In this document: positions 31,671-41,185 of the stretch, one piece after another
Layout of the letters: every line of letters begins with the position of its first letter
Numbering within the stretch: position 1 is the stretch's first letter
DNA from: an uncultured Enterobacteriaceae bacterium
Lineage (GTDB): Bacteria > Pseudomonadota > Gammaproteobacteria > Burkholderiales > SG8-39
NCBI GenBank assembly: GCA_964576525.1
Contig: CAZNVH010000087.1
Span: 8,914-72,913, forward strand
Reading direction: 5' to 3'
DNA length: 64,000 bases
Made by a program: the position numbers and the translations under genes
Notes under the pieces: model-generated
The model's database searches: none
What the model saw: the letters and a program-made list of their open reading frames with translations, nothing else
Told to the model about the DNA's origin: nothing

Positions 31671-32764
31671 AGGTGGCCATCGTGCGCCAGCGCTACAACC
31701 CCTACGGCGGGGCCGAGCGCTTCGTGGCGCGGGCGCTGCCGGCATTGGAGCTCGCAGGGATGGAAGTGACTTTAATTTCAAGAAAACAACAGGGTTGGGG
31801 CGCACGGCGCTTTCTACGCGTAGATCCCTTCTACGCCGGCAATCTGTGGCGCGACTGGTCGTTCGCGCGCGCCGCGCGCGCGGCGTGGCGGCGCGAAGCC
31901 TTCGATGTGGTGCAGTCGCACGAGCGCATCCCGGGCTGCGACGTGTATCGCGCGGGCGACGGCGTGCACCGGCGCTGGCTCGAGTTGCGCGGCGCGGCCG
32001 CGGGCCCGTTCGAGCGCCTCGGCATCGCGCTGAATCCGTACCACAGCTATGTATGTAAAGCGGAAAAACGGATGCTGGAGCACCCGCGGCTGCGCGCGGT
32101 GATCTGCAACTCGAAGATGGTGCGCGAGGAGATCCGGCGCGGCTTCCGCATCGCGCCGGAGAAGCTGCACGTGATCTACAACGGCGTCGACCTCGAATAC
32201 TTCCACCCCCGCGAGCGCGAGCGGCTGCGCGGCGCGGCGCGCGCCGAGCTCGGCTGCAGCCCGCGCGACATGCTGTTCCTGTTCGTCGGCTCGGGGTTCT
32301 CGCGCAAGGGCCTGGACGCGGCGATCAGCGCGGTTTCACGGACCGATTCCCGCTTGATTGTGGTGGGCAAGGACAACTACAGGGGCGAGGCCGGGGAGCG
32401 AGTGCGGTTCATGGGCGGCCGCGAGGACGTGCGGCCTTACTATGCGGCGGCGGACTGCTTCCTGCTCCCCACGCGCTACGATCCCTTCCCGAACACCGTG
32501 CTGGAAGCGATGGCGATGGGCCTGCCGGCGATCGTCAGCTCGCGCTGCGGCGCCGCCGAAGTGCTCGAGAGAGGCGTCAACGGCTGGGTGTGCGAGCCCG
32601 ACGACGCCGGCGGCATCGCGCGGCTGATGCGCGAGGCCGAGCAGGCGACGCGCGACGGACGCATGGGAGCGGCGGCGCGCGCCGGCGCCGAGCGCTTCGG
32701 CATGGACGCGATGGCGAAGGAGCTGGCCAATTTGTACCAGTCCATTGTGAAAGCACGAGGATGA
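31667..32764 (+). CDS. waaG: LPS core glycosyltransferase, GT4 (WaaG/RfaG-like)
   Basis: The GTG at 31667 overlaps the upstream TGA (GTGA). VKVAIVRQRYNPYGGAERF...VGSGFSRKGLD...DPFPNTVLEAMAMGLPAIVS is the GT4 E-x7-E region. Confidence 0.65.
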   Translation: MKVAIVRQRYNPYGGAERFVARALPALELAGMEVTLISRKQQGWGARRFLRVDPFYAGNLWRDWSFARAARAAWRREAFDVVQSHERIPGCDVYRAGDGVHRRWLELRGAAAGPFERLGIALNPYHSYVCKAEKRMLEHPRLRAVICNSKMVREEIRRGFRIAPEKLHVIYNGVDLEYFHPRERERLRGAARAELGCSPRDMLFLFVGSGFSRKGLDAAISAVSRTDSRLIVVGKDNYRGEAGERVRFMGGREDVRPYYAAADCFLLPTRYDPFPNTVLEAMAMGLPAIVSSRCGAAEVLERGVNGWVCEPDDAGGIARLMREAEQATRDGRMGAAARAGAERFGMDAMAKELANLYQSIVKARG

Positions 32765-34527
32765 GCGCCATTCAAAGCAGCCGGGAGCTCTACGTCCGCC
32801 TGCTGTCCTACGTGCGCCCGTACGCGAAAGTGTTCGCGCTGGCGGTGCTCGCCATGGTCTGCACAGCGGCGACCGAGCCGCTGTTCCCGGCGCTGATCAA
32901 GCCGCTGCTCGACGGCGGCTTCGCGCAGGGCGGGCCGACGCTGCCGCCGATCTGGTTCGCCGCGGGGATCGTCGGCGTGTTCGTGATCCGCGGCGTCCTC
33001 ACCTTCACCTCGTCCTACTGCATGACCTGGGTGGCGAACAAGGTGGTGCTCGACCTGCGCACCGCGATGTTCGCCCGGCTGGTGCGCTTCCCGGCGAAGT
33101 ACTTCGACGACCACGCCTCGGGGACGCTGTTGTCCAAGGTGGCCTACGACGTTGCGGGCGTCACCGGCGCGGCCACCACCGCGCTGACCGTGATCGTCAA
33201 GGACTCGATCGCGGTGGTCGGGCTGCTCGCCTGGCTGTTCTACCTCAACTGGAAGCTGACGCTGATCGCGCTGGTGATCGGCCCGCCGATCGCCTTCACG
33301 GTGCGCGTGATCTCCAGGCGCCTGCGGCGCATGTCGCGCGAAGTGCTGCGCTCGCTCGGCGACGTGGTGCACGTGCTGCAGGAGACCATCGACTGCCACA
33401 GGGTGGTCAAGGTGTTCGGCGGCCAGGACTACGAGACCGCGCGCTTCCGCAGGAGCGCGCAGGTCCTGCGCGGCTTCCTCATGCGCGCCGACGTGCCGGC
33501 GGCGCTCACCACGCCGATCACGCACTTCTTCGCCGCGCTGGCGCTGGCGGTGATCATCTACATCTCGATGCAGGACACGCTGGCGTCGCGCGCCACGGTC
33601 GGCGAGTTCGCCTCCTTCCTCACCGCGATGCTGATGCTGCTCGCGCCGCTCAAGCACCTGAGCGAGGTCAACAACGCGCTGCAGCGCGGCCTCGCCTCGG
33701 CCGAAAGCGTGTTCGGCCTGATCGACTCGCCGGTCGAGGAGGATCGGGGTAGCGTCACCCTGGGACGGGCGCGCGGCGAGGTCAGGTTTGAACGAGTGAG
33801 CTTCACATATCCGACCCGCACCGAGCCCGCGCTGGCCGGGATCGATCTGCACGTGCGTCCCGGGGAGACGGTGGCGCTGGTCGGCGGCTCGGGCGGCGGC
33901 AAGACCACGCTGGTCAACATGCTGCCGCGCTTCTACGCGCCCGACAGCGGGCGCGTGACGCTCGACGGCCACGACATCCAGACGCTGACGCTCGACAGCC
34001 TGCGCGCCAACATCGCGCTGGTCAGCCAGGAGATCGTGCTGTTCAACGATTCGGTCTACGCCAACATCGCCTACGGCGGCATGGGCGGGGCGTCGGAGAA
34101 GGACGTGATCGCCGCCGCCGAGGCGGCGCACGCCATGAGCTTCATCCGCGAGACGCCGGAGGGCCTGAACACGCTCATCGGCGAGAACGGTCTGCGGCTC
34201 TCGGGCGGCCAACGCCAGCGCCTGGCGATCGCGCGCGCCATCCTGAAGAACGCGCCGCTCTTGATCCTCGACGAGGCGACTTCCGCGCTCGACTCGGAGT
34301 CCGAGCGCCTGGTGCAGGCGGCGCTCGACGCGCTGATGCGCGGCCGCACCACCATCGTCATCGCGCACCGCCTGTCGACCATCGAGCGCGCCGACCGCAT
34401 CGTGGTGCTCGAGCGCGGGCGCGTCGTCGAGATCGGCCCGCACGCGGAGCTGCTCGCCAAGGAGGGGGTGTACGCCAAGCTCTACCGGATCCAGTACGCT
34501 ACCGAGGGAGTCGCCGTCGCGTCCTGA
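32761..34527 (+). CDS. msbA: Lipid A export ABC transporter (fused permease/ATPase) MsbA
   Basis: The ATG overlaps the upstream TGA (ATGA). Six-TM N-terminal domain, Walker A GGSGGGKTT, signature LSGGQRQR, Walker B LILDEATSALD. It sits in an LPS core context. Confidence 0.85.
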   Translation: MSAIQSSRELYVRLLSYVRPYAKVFALAVLAMVCTAATEPLFPALIKPLLDGGFAQGGPTLPPIWFAAGIVGVFVIRGVLTFTSSYCMTWVANKVVLDLRTAMFARLVRFPAKYFDDHASGTLLSKVAYDVAGVTGAATTALTVIVKDSIAVVGLLAWLFYLNWKLTLIALVIGPPIAFTVRVISRRLRRMSREVLRSLGDVVHVLQETIDCHRVVKVFGGQDYETARFRRSAQVLRGFLMRADVPAALTTPITHFFAALALAVIIYISMQDTLASRATVGEFASFLTAMLMLLAPLKHLSEVNNALQRGLASAESVFGLIDSPVEEDRGSVTLGRARGEVRFERVSFTYPTRTEPALAGIDLHVRPGETVALVGGSGGGKTTLVNMLPRFYAPDSGRVTLDGHDIQTLTLDSLRANIALVSQEIVLFNDSVYANIAYGGMGGASEKDVIAAAEAAHAMSFIRETPEGLNTLIGENGLRLSGGQRQRLAIARAILKNAPLLILDEATSALDSESERLVQAALDALMRGRTTIVIAHRLSTIERADRIVVLERGRVVEIGPHAELLAKEGVYAKLYRIQYATEGVAVAS

Positions 34528-34541
34528 TCGGGTAGACACCC

Positions 34542-34558
34542 GTAAAACATTGTTTTAC
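34542..34558. promoter_or_regulatory. Candidate operator palindrome of the antitoxin/Doc operon
   Basis: GTAAAACA-t-TGTTTTAC is a perfect 8-bp inverted repeat. It is AT-rich and lies 10 nt upstream of the antitoxin ATG (34568). Confidence 0.4.
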
Positions 34559-34567
34559 AATGGCCGC

Positions 34568-34795
34568 ATGGTCAAGACCATCACCAAAGTCGGCAACTCC
34601 CACGGGTTGATCTTCGATGCGACGCTGCGGGATCTGACCGGACTCAAGCCGGGCGATCAAGTCAACGTCACGGTGCACGAGGGCGGCGCCATCGTCATCA
34701 CGCCGATGACGGCGGTGGTCGACGCCGGCGAGGCGCGCGCGCGCGCAGAGCGGCTCGTGAAGGCGAACAGCGAGCTGTTCCGCCGCCTTGCCTAG
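34568..34795 (+). CDS. AbrB/MazE/SpoVT-type antitoxin (partner of Doc)
   Basis: MVKTITKVGNSHGLIFDATLRDLTGLKPGDQVNV shows the swapped-hairpin AbrB-type DNA-binding motif. It overlaps the Doc gene by 8 nt. Confidence 0.7.
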   Translation: MVKTITKVGNSHGLIFDATLRDLTGLKPGDQVNVTVHEGGAIVITPMTAVVDAGEARARAERLVKANSELFRRLA

Positions 34796-35219
34796 CGCCG
34801 AGCACCGCCACCTCAGCGTTGCTGCCGTAGTTGCGATCCACGAAGCGGTTCTGAAGGCGCATGGCGGCTCGCCCGGTCTGCGCGACGCCGCCCTGCTCGA
34901 ATCCGCGGTCGCGGCGCCCCAAGCCTCGTTTGGCGGCGAGCCTTTGATGAAGGACGGCGTTGAGATCGCCGCCGCCTACCTGTTTTACCTGTGCCGCAAC
35001 CACGCATTCGTGGACGGCAACAAGCGCACCGCGCTTGCCTCATGCCTGGTTTTCCTCGAGTCGAATGAACTGCTGCACGACCCGGAGCGTCCCGGCAGGG
35101 ACGTCGACGCGTGGGAAGCGCTGGTGCTCGACGTGGCGGCGTCGCGCCTTGACCGGGAGCAGACCACAGCCCGATTGCGCCGGCTGCTCGGGAACCGTCC
35201 TTCGAAAAGGAGACCGTGA
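34788..35219 (+). CDS. doc: Doc (death-on-curing) Fic-fold toxin
   Basis: Contains the Doc/Fic motif HAFVDGNKRTA, and ...AIHEAVLKAHGGSPGLRDAALLESAV. A TTG start at 34788 is inferred because no ATG is nearby. Confidence 0.8.
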   Translation: MPSAEHRHLSVAAVVAIHEAVLKAHGGSPGLRDAALLESAVAAPQASFGGEPLMKDGVEIAAAYLFYLCRNHAFVDGNKRTALASCLVFLESNELLHDPERPGRDVDAWEALVLDVAASRLDREQTTARLRRLLGNRPSKRRP

Positions 35220-36307
35220 GACGCCTCTCGATCGTCCACACCGAGTCGTCGCTCGGCTGGGGCGGGCAGGAAATCCGCGTCCTTTCCGAATCGCAGGGAC
35301 TCATCGGCCGCGGCCACGACGTGAAGCTGCTGTGCCCGGCCGAGGCGCGCATCCACGCCGAGGCGCCTCGCTTCGGCGTGCCGGCGATCGCCCTGCCGAT
35401 CGCGCGCAAGCGCCCGGTGGGCGTCAAGGTGCTGCTCGAGTGGCTGAAGCGCAACCGGCCGAACGTGGTCAGCACCCACAGCTCCACCGATTCCTGGCTG
35501 TGCGCGCTCGCGCTGCTCGCGCTCGGCCGGCCGTTCCCGATGGTGCGCACGCGCCACATCTCGGCGCCGGTCTCCGGCAACCTGCCGACGCGCTGGCTCT
35601 ATACGCGCGCCACCGCGCGCATCGTCACCACCGGCGAGGCGCTGAAGACCGAGCTGGTGCAGCGCAACCGCTATCCGGCGGAGCGCATCGACTCGGTGCC
35701 CACCGGCATCGACGCCGGGCGCTATCGGCCGGGCGACCGGGCGGCCGCGCGCGCCTCGCTCGACCTGCCCCAGGATCGGAAGCTGATCGGCATCGTCGCC
35801 ACGCTGCGCAGCTGGAAGGGGCACCTCACCCTGATCGAGGCCTTCGCCGGGCTGCCGGAAGAGGCCTGCCTGGTGATCGTCGGCGACGGACCGATGCGCC
35901 CGGCACTCGAGCCCTTGGTCGAAAAGCTGCAAATCAAGTCGCGGACCGTGTTCGCGGGAAACCAGGCCGACGTGACGCCCTGGCTCCAGGCGCTCGACAT
36001 CTTTGCGCTGCCGTCCTACGCCAACGAAGGCGTGCCGCAGGCGCTGGCGCAGGCGATGCTGACGGCGCTGCCCTGCGTCACCACCAGCATCGGCGCCATC
36101 CCGGAGCTCGCCCGGCACGAGCAGACCGCGCTGGTGGTGCCGCCGCAGGACGTCGGGGCGCTGCGGGGGGCATTGCAGCGACTGCTTTCCGATCCTGTTC
36201 TCTCAAGAAACCTGGGTGAGGCCGCCCGCCAGCACTGTGCGGCCAACTTCTCCTACGAGGGCATGCTCGACCGCATGGAGAAAATCTACCAGCAGGTCAG
36301 CCGCTAG
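35216..36307 (+). CDS. Glycosyltransferase family 4 (GT-B)
   Basis: The GTG overlaps the Doc TGA (GTGA at 35216-35219). SIVHTESSLGWGGQEIRVL...VATLRSWKGH...ANEGVPQALAQAMLTALPCVTT is the E-x7-E-like region. Confidence 0.75.
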   Translation: MRRLSIVHTESSLGWGGQEIRVLSESQGLIGRGHDVKLLCPAEARIHAEAPRFGVPAIALPIARKRPVGVKVLLEWLKRNRPNVVSTHSSTDSWLCALALLALGRPFPMVRTRHISAPVSGNLPTRWLYTRATARIVTTGEALKTELVQRNRYPAERIDSVPTGIDAGRYRPGDRAAARASLDLPQDRKLIGIVATLRSWKGHLTLIEAFAGLPEEACLVIVGDGPMRPALEPLVEKLQIKSRTVFAGNQADVTPWLQALDIFALPSYANEGVPQALAQAMLTALPCVTTSIGAIPELARHEQTALVVPPQDVGALRGALQRLLSDPVLSRNLGEAARQHCAANFSYEGMLDRMEKIYQQVSR

Positions 36308-36317
36308 AATCGCATCC

Positions 36318-37304
36318 ATGCTCCTGGTCACCGGCGGCGCCGGCTTCATCGGCTCCAACTTCGTGCTCTCGACGCTCGCGGCGGGCGGCGAGCCGATCGT
36401 CAACCTCGACAAGCTCACCTACGCTGGCAACCTGCGCAACCTCGACGCCGTGCGCGACGACAAGCGCCACGTGTTCGTGCAGGGCGACATCTGCGACCGC
36501 CACCTCATCAAGGACTTGCTCAGAAAATACCAACCCAGAGCGATCGTTCACTTTGCCGCCGAGAGCCATGTCGATCGCTCGATCGCGGGGCCCGCGGCGT
36601 TCGTGCAGACCAACGTGGTCGGGACGTTCTCGCTGCTCGAGGAAGCCCGGGCGCATTCGAAGGACATCGTCTTCCTGCACGTCTCGACCGACGAGGTCTA
36701 CGGCTCGCTCGGCCCGAAGGACCCCGCCTTCACCGAGGCCACGCCCTACGCGCCGAACAGCCCCTACGCCGCCTCCAAGGCGGCCGCCGACCACCTGGTG
36801 CGCGCCTACCACCACACCTATGGCGTGAAGACGCTCACCACCAACTGCTCCAACAACTTCGGGCCCTACCAGTTCCCGGAGAAGCTGATCCCGCTCGTGA
36901 TCGGCAACGCGCTCGCCGGCAAGCCGCTGCCGGTGTACGGCGACGGAAGCAACGTGCGCGACTGGCTCTACGTGCTCGACCATTGCGACGCGCTGCGCCT
37001 GGTGCTCGAGCGCGGCCGGCCGGGCGAGGCGTACAACATCGGCGGCGGCGGGGAGAGGGCGAACATCGATCTGGTGCGGGAAATCTGCTCATTTCTGGAT
37101 GAATCGAGCCCGCGCAAAGCCGGCAGCTACGCCGAGCTCGTCAGCTTCGTGAAGGACCGCCCCGGCCACGATCGCCGCTACGCCATCGACTCCGCGAAGA
37201 TCGCACGCGAGCTCGGCTGGAAGCCGCGCGAAAGCTTCGCCTCCGGCCTGAAGAAGACCGTGCAGTGGTATGTCGAAAACCGGGCATGGGCGCGGGCCGC
37301 ATGA
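36318..37304 (+). CDS. rfbB: dTDP-glucose 4,6-dehydratase
   Basis: [16 protein letters not shown]...[11 protein letters not shown]...STDEVYG...[13 protein letters not shown]. It heads the rfbBACD gene order. Confidence 0.9.
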   Translation: MLLVTGGAGFIGSNFVLSTLAAGGEPIVNLDKLTYAGNLRNLDAVRDDKRHVFVQGDICDRHLIKDLLRKYQPRAIVHFAAESHVDRSIAGPAAFVQTNVVGTFSLLEEARAHSKDIVFLHVSTDEVYGSLGPKDPAFTEATPYAPNSPYAASKAAADHLVRAYHHTYGVKTLTTNCSNNFGPYQFPEKLIPLVIGNALAGKPLPVYGDGSNVRDWLYVLDHCDALRLVLERGRPGEAYNIGGGGERANIDLVREICSFLDESSPRKAGSYAELVSFVKDRPGHDRRYAIDSAKIARELGWKPRESFASGLKKTVQWYVENRAWARAA

Positions 37305-38179
37305 AAGGCATCGTCCTCGCCGGCGGCTCGGGAACCCGGCTGCACCCGGTGACGCAAGTCGTGTCGAAGCAGTTGCTTCCCGTGTACGACAAGCCGATGG
37401 TGTACTACCCGCTGTCGACGCTGATGCTCGCCGGCATCCGCGACATCCTGCTCATCTCCACGCCGCAGGACACGCCGCGCTTCGAGGCGCTGCTCGGCGA
37501 CGGCAAGCGCTGGGGCATCAGCCTGCGCTACGCCGTGCAGCCGAAGCCCGAAGGCATCGCCCAGGCCTTCCTGGTGGGCCGCGAGTTCATCGGCGGCGAG
37601 CCGGTCGCCCTGGTGCTCGGCGACAACATCTTCCACGGCCATGACCTGACCGAGCTGCTGAAGCGCGCCGCCGCGCGCCGCCGCGGCGCCACGGTGTTCG
37701 CCTACCCGGTCAACGACCCCGGCCGCTACGGCGTGGTCGAGTTCGACGCGAAGGGCAAGGCGGTGAGCATCGAGGAGAAGCCGCGCCAGCCGAAATCGCG
37801 CTACGCGGTGACCGGGTTGTATTTCTACGACGCCGGTGTCGTCGACATCGCCGCGCAGCTCAAGCCGTCGGCGCGCGGCGAGCTGGAGATCACCGATGTG
37901 AACCGCGCCTACCTCGAGCGCGGCGAGCTCGAGGTGATCGCGATGGGCCGCGGCATGGCCTGGCTCGACACCGGAACGCACGAGGCGCTGCTCGAGGCAT
38001 CGCACTTCATCGAAACCATCGAGCGCCGCCAGGGGCTGAAGATCGCCTGCCCGGAGGAAATCGCCTACCGCATGGGGTACATCGACGCCGCCCAGCTCGA
38101 AGCGCTGGCGAAGCCGCTCGAGAAGAGCAGCTACGGCGAGTACCTGAAGCGCGTCGTGACCGACCGCCTGCTGCCGTGA
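37301..38179 (+). CDS. rfbA: Glucose-1-phosphate thymidylyltransferase
   Basis: [39 protein letters not shown]...; ATGA overlap with rfbB. Confidence 0.9.
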   Translation: MKGIVLAGGSGTRLHPVTQVVSKQLLPVYDKPMVYYPLSTLMLAGIRDILLISTPQDTPRFEALLGDGKRWGISLRYAVQPKPEGIAQAFLVGREFIGGEPVALVLGDNIFHGHDLTELLKRAAARRRGATVFAYPVNDPGRYGVVEFDAKGKAVSIEEKPRQPKSRYAVTGLYFYDAGVVDIAAQLKPSARGELEITDVNRAYLERGELEVIAMGRGMAWLDTGTHEALLEASHFIETIERRQGLKIACPEEIAYRMGYIDAAQLEALAKPLEKSSYGEYLKRVVTDRLLP

Positions 38180-38721
38180 AGGTAACGCACAGCGAGATTC
38201 CGCAGGTGCTGCTGCTCGAGCCGCGGGTCTTCCAGGACGAAAGGGGCTTCTTCCTGGAAAGCTATAACCGGCGCGCGTTCAACGACGATGTGGGTGTGGA
38301 CGTCGAGTTCGTCCAGGACAACCAGTCGTTCTCGGTGAGGAACGTACTGCGCGGCCTGCACTACCAGATCCGCCAGGCGCAGGGGAAGCTGGTGCAGGTG
38401 CTGGCTGGCGAGATCTTCGATGTCGCGGTCGACCTGCGCCGCAGCTCGCCGGCGTTCGGCAAATGGGCCGGCTTCAACCTTTCCGGCGGCAGCCACCGCA
38501 TGCTGTGGATTCCGCGCGGCTTCGCGCACGGCTACCTGGTGCTGTCGGAGCACGCCATCGTCCTGTACAAGACCACCGACTTCTACGCACCCGAGCACGA
38601 ACGCACCATCCTGTGGAACGACCCGGCGCTCGGCATCAAGTGGCCGCTCGAGGACACGCCGATCGTGAGCGACAAGGACCGGCGCGGCGCGACGTTCGGC
38701 GCCGCCGAACTGTTCGATTGA
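38176..38721 (+). CDS. rfbC: dTDP-4-dehydrorhamnose 3,5-epimerase
   Basis: ...[13 protein letters not shown]...[17 protein letters not shown]...[18 protein letters not shown]...; GTGA overlap with rfbA. Confidence 0.9.
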   Translation: MKVTHSEIPQVLLLEPRVFQDERGFFLESYNRRAFNDDVGVDVEFVQDNQSFSVRNVLRGLHYQIRQAQGKLVQVLAGEIFDVAVDLRRSSPAFGKWAGFNLSGGSHRMLWIPRGFAHGYLVLSEHAIVLYKTTDFYAPEHERTILWNDPALGIKWPLEDTPIVSDKDRRGATFGAAELFD

Positions 38722-39563
38722 GGATCCTGCTCACCGGCAGCAACGGCCAGGCCGGCTGGGAGCTCGAGCGCGCGCTTCCGGTGCTGGGCGAGGTCGTGGC
38801 CACGGATCGGGCCGGGCTGGATCTGGCCGATGTCCGTGCCATTCGGGAAGTCCTCGAAAAAACAAGGCCGCAAGTCATCGTCAACGCGGCCGCCTACACC
38901 GCGGTCGACAAGGCCGAGTCGGACGCTGATGCGGCGATGCAGGTCAACGGCGTCGCGCCGGGCATCCTCGCCGAGGAGGCGAAACGCCTGGGCGCGCTGC
39001 TGGTCCACTACTCCACCGACTACGTCTTCGACGGCGAAAAGCGTGCGCCTTACCTGGAAGACGATGCGCCGGCGCCAATCAGCGTCTACGGCCGCAGCAA
39101 GCTCGAAGGCGAGCGCCGCATCGCCGCGTCCGGCTGCCGCCACCTGATCCTGCGGGCGAGCTGGGTCTACGCGCCGCGCGGCCGGAATTTCTTCCTGACG
39201 ATCGCGCGCAAGGCGCGGGCCGGCGAGGCGCTGCGCGTGGTCGCCGACCAGCACGGCGTGCCGACCGAGGCGAAGTTCCTCGCCGAGATGACCGTCGCCC
39301 TGCTGCATGGCCACGCGGAAGGCGTGTTCAACGTCGTTCCCGCGGGCGCCACCACGTGGCACGGCTTCGCCTCGGAGATCGCGCAACGCGTCGGCGCAGG
39401 GCAGCCGGTCGCCGCGATCGCGACGGCGGACTACCCGACGCCGGCGCGGCGCCCGCAGTACTCGATCCTCGACTGCGGCAAGCTCGCGGCGCGGCTCGGC
39501 GTGCCGCCGCCGGGCTGGCAATCGCTGCTGGATCGTTGCATGAAAACCTGGATGCAGGCCTAG
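38718..39563 (+). CDS. rfbD: dTDP-4-dehydrorhamnose reductase
   Basis: The TTG start (TTGA overlap with rfbC) gives [16 protein letters not shown]...VNAAAYTAVDKAE...STDYVFDG...YGRSKLEGE. Confidence 0.85.
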   Translation: MRILLTGSNGQAGWELERALPVLGEVVATDRAGLDLADVRAIREVLEKTRPQVIVNAAAYTAVDKAESDADAAMQVNGVAPGILAEEAKRLGALLVHYSTDYVFDGEKRAPYLEDDAPAPISVYGRSKLEGERRIAASGCRHLILRASWVYAPRGRNFFLTIARKARAGEALRVVADQHGVPTEAKFLAEMTVALLHGHAEGVFNVVPAGATTWHGFASEIAQRVGAGQPVAAIATADYPTPARRPQYSILDCGKLAARLGVPPPGWQSLLDRCMKTWMQA

Positions 39564-39578
39564 CCGGGCTGCGCCCGC

Positions 39579-40517
39579 CTAGACATTGCCGTAGCGGGTG
39601 TTGCGGATCATGGTGAAGCCCTTCACCAGCTCCTCGATGCCGGCGTCGAGCGAGAACTTCGGTTTCCAGCCGGTGGCCTCGATCTTGGCGTTGGAGACGA
39701 TGTAGTTGCGCTGGTCCGGGTCCTTGCCGACCGGCGCTTCGAGGAACACGAAGCCCTTCACCCGGTGGGTAATCGCTTCGCACAGCTCGCGCTTCGATAC
39801 GTTCGCGTCGGACAGGCCGACGTTATAGATCTGACCGCGCATCTTTTCGCGGTTGGCGATGGCGTGCATGAAGGCGCCGGCGACGTCGCGCACGTGGATG
39901 TAGTTGCGCTTGAAGCTCGACTCGAACAGCACTACGAAGCGGTCGTGCACCGCGCGGTAGGTGAAGTCGTTCACCAGCAGGTCGATGCGCATGCGCGGCG
40001 ACATGCCGAACACGGTGGCGAGGCGCAGGCTGATGGCGTTGGCGTGGCGCATCAGCTTCTTTTCCACTTCGACCTTTTCGATCGCGTACTGCGAGATCGG
40101 CTTGAGCGGCGACTCCTCGGTGCAGAAATTGTTCTTGTCGCCGCTGCCATAGGCGCTGTTGGTGGTCGGCATCAGCACGTACTGCTCGCGCGCGACGTTC
40201 TTCAGCATCATGGCGATCGCGTCGTGGTTGACGCTGGTCGCGCCGACCGGGTCGCGGTTGCACAGCGGGGCGCCGACGTAGGCGGCGAGCGGGATGACGA
40301 TCTCGGCCTCGCGGATCAGCGGCAGCATCGCCGACTCGATACGGATGTCGCCGCGGATCACGCGGAAATTGCGGTTGGCGCAGACGTGCGCGAGGCTGTT
40401 CTGCGCGTACATGAAGTTGTCTACGACGGTGACGTCGTGCCCGGCGGCGAGCAGCTCGGGGACAAGGATGGAGCCGAGGTAGCCGGCGCCGCCGGTGACG
40501 AGGATGCGGTGACCCAT
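39579..40517 (-). CDS. NAD-dependent epimerase/dehydratase (extended SDR)
   Basis: MGHRILVTGGAGYLGSILVPELL...; catalytic region PISQYAIEKVEVE (YxxxK). It is the last gene of the minus-strand kinase/nucleotidyltransferase module. Confidence 0.75.
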   Translation of the reverse strand: MGHRILVTGGAGYLGSILVPELLAAGHDVTVVDNFMYAQNSLAHVCANRNFRVIRGDIRIESAMLPLIREAEIVIPLAAYVGAPLCNRDPVGATSVNHDAIAMMLKNVAREQYVLMPTTNSAYGSGDKNNFCTEESPLKPISQYAIEKVEVEKKLMRHANAISLRLATVFGMSPRMRIDLLVNDFTYRAVHDRFVVLFESSFKRNYIHVRDVAGAFMHAIANREKMRGQIYNVGLSDANVSKRELCEAITHRVKGFVFLEAPVGKDPDQRNYIVSNAKIEATGWKPKFSLDAGIEELVKGFTMIRNTRYGNV

Positions 40518-40528
40518 GGAATTCCCTC

Positions 40529-41182
40529 TTAGTGTCCGGTGATGATGGTTTCGGCGGCCCGCCAGTCTTCGGGGATGCCGATATCGACGAACGGCGCGTC
40601 GAAGACGCAGCCGTAGATGTCCTTGATCCCCGGCAGCAGATCCTTCTCGAGATTGAACGCCTGCTTCGGCATGTCGGTTCGCTCGAAAAGAAATACGCCG
40701 CCGTTGGCGAGTTCGCCGCCGGCGAGGCTGGTGACGCGGCCGCGCGCGTCGAGCGAGACCCCGGTATAGCGCGGATGGTCCGACCTGAACAACGCCAACG
40801 TCACCTTCGCGCCCTTTTCCCGATGAAAGGCATGAAGCGTCCGCAGGGGTACGGCGAAGTAAGTATCGCCGTTCAGCACGAGGAAGGTCTGCTCCTTCAC
40901 GGAGGCCAGGGCCTGAAGCAGGGCGCCGCCGGTGCCGAGCGGCTTGTCTTCCACCGAGTAGGCGAGCTCGCAACCGCGATACGTCGCGCCGAAATGGGAC
41001 TCGATGAGCTCGTGCTTGTAGCCGATAGCGAGCACCGCGCGGCGCACGCCCTGGGCGATCCAGTAGTCGAGCAGGCGCTCGAGAAACGGGCGCCCGCCGA
41101 CCGGCGCGAGGGGCTTGGGGACATCCGCCACCGCGGCGCGTAGCCGTGTGCCGAGGCCTCCCGCCAGGACGACGGCTTCCAC
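40529..41182 (-). CDS. Sugar-1-phosphate nucleotidyltransferase, HddC-like (D-glycero-alpha-D-manno-heptose-1-P guanylyltransferase type)
   Basis: MEAVVLAGGLGTRLRAAVADVPKPLAPVGGRPFLE is the NTP-transferase G-loop. It is short (217 aa) and paired with a GHMP kinase, as in GDP-heptose pathways. Sugar specificity is inferred only. Confidence 0.65.
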   Translation of the reverse strand: MEAVVLAGGLGTRLRAAVADVPKPLAPVGGRPFLERLLDYWIAQGVRRAVLAIGYKHELIESHFGATYRGCELAYSVEDKPLGTGGALLQALASVKEQTFLVLNGDTYFAVPLRTLHAFHREKGAKVTLALFRSDHPRYTGVSLDARGRVTSLAGGELANGGVFLFERTDMPKQAFNLEKDLLPGIKDIYGCVFDAPFVDIGIPEDWRAAETIITGH

Positions 41183-41185
41183 CGC

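Noticed and set aside
28374-31805. Very long antisense ORFs, for example 1143 aa on the minus strand here. Similar ones are at 1346-3190 (-), 17556-19082 (-), 32476-34539 (-), 46379-49249 (-) and 22995-23897 (+).
   Set aside because: Their translations are low-complexity and Arg/Ala/Gly/Pro/His-rich with no recognisable motifs. Each lies opposite a gene with strong family signatures (TonB receptor, phaC, msbA, radical SAM, priA and others). They are the classic open-antisense-frame artefact of GC-rich DNA.
39564-39578. Short dyad cgggc-tgc-gcccg between the convergent rfbD and the SDR gene, considered as a bidirectional terminator.
   Set aside because: It has only a 5-bp stem with a 3-nt loop and no U-tracts. 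That is too weak to call from sequence alone.
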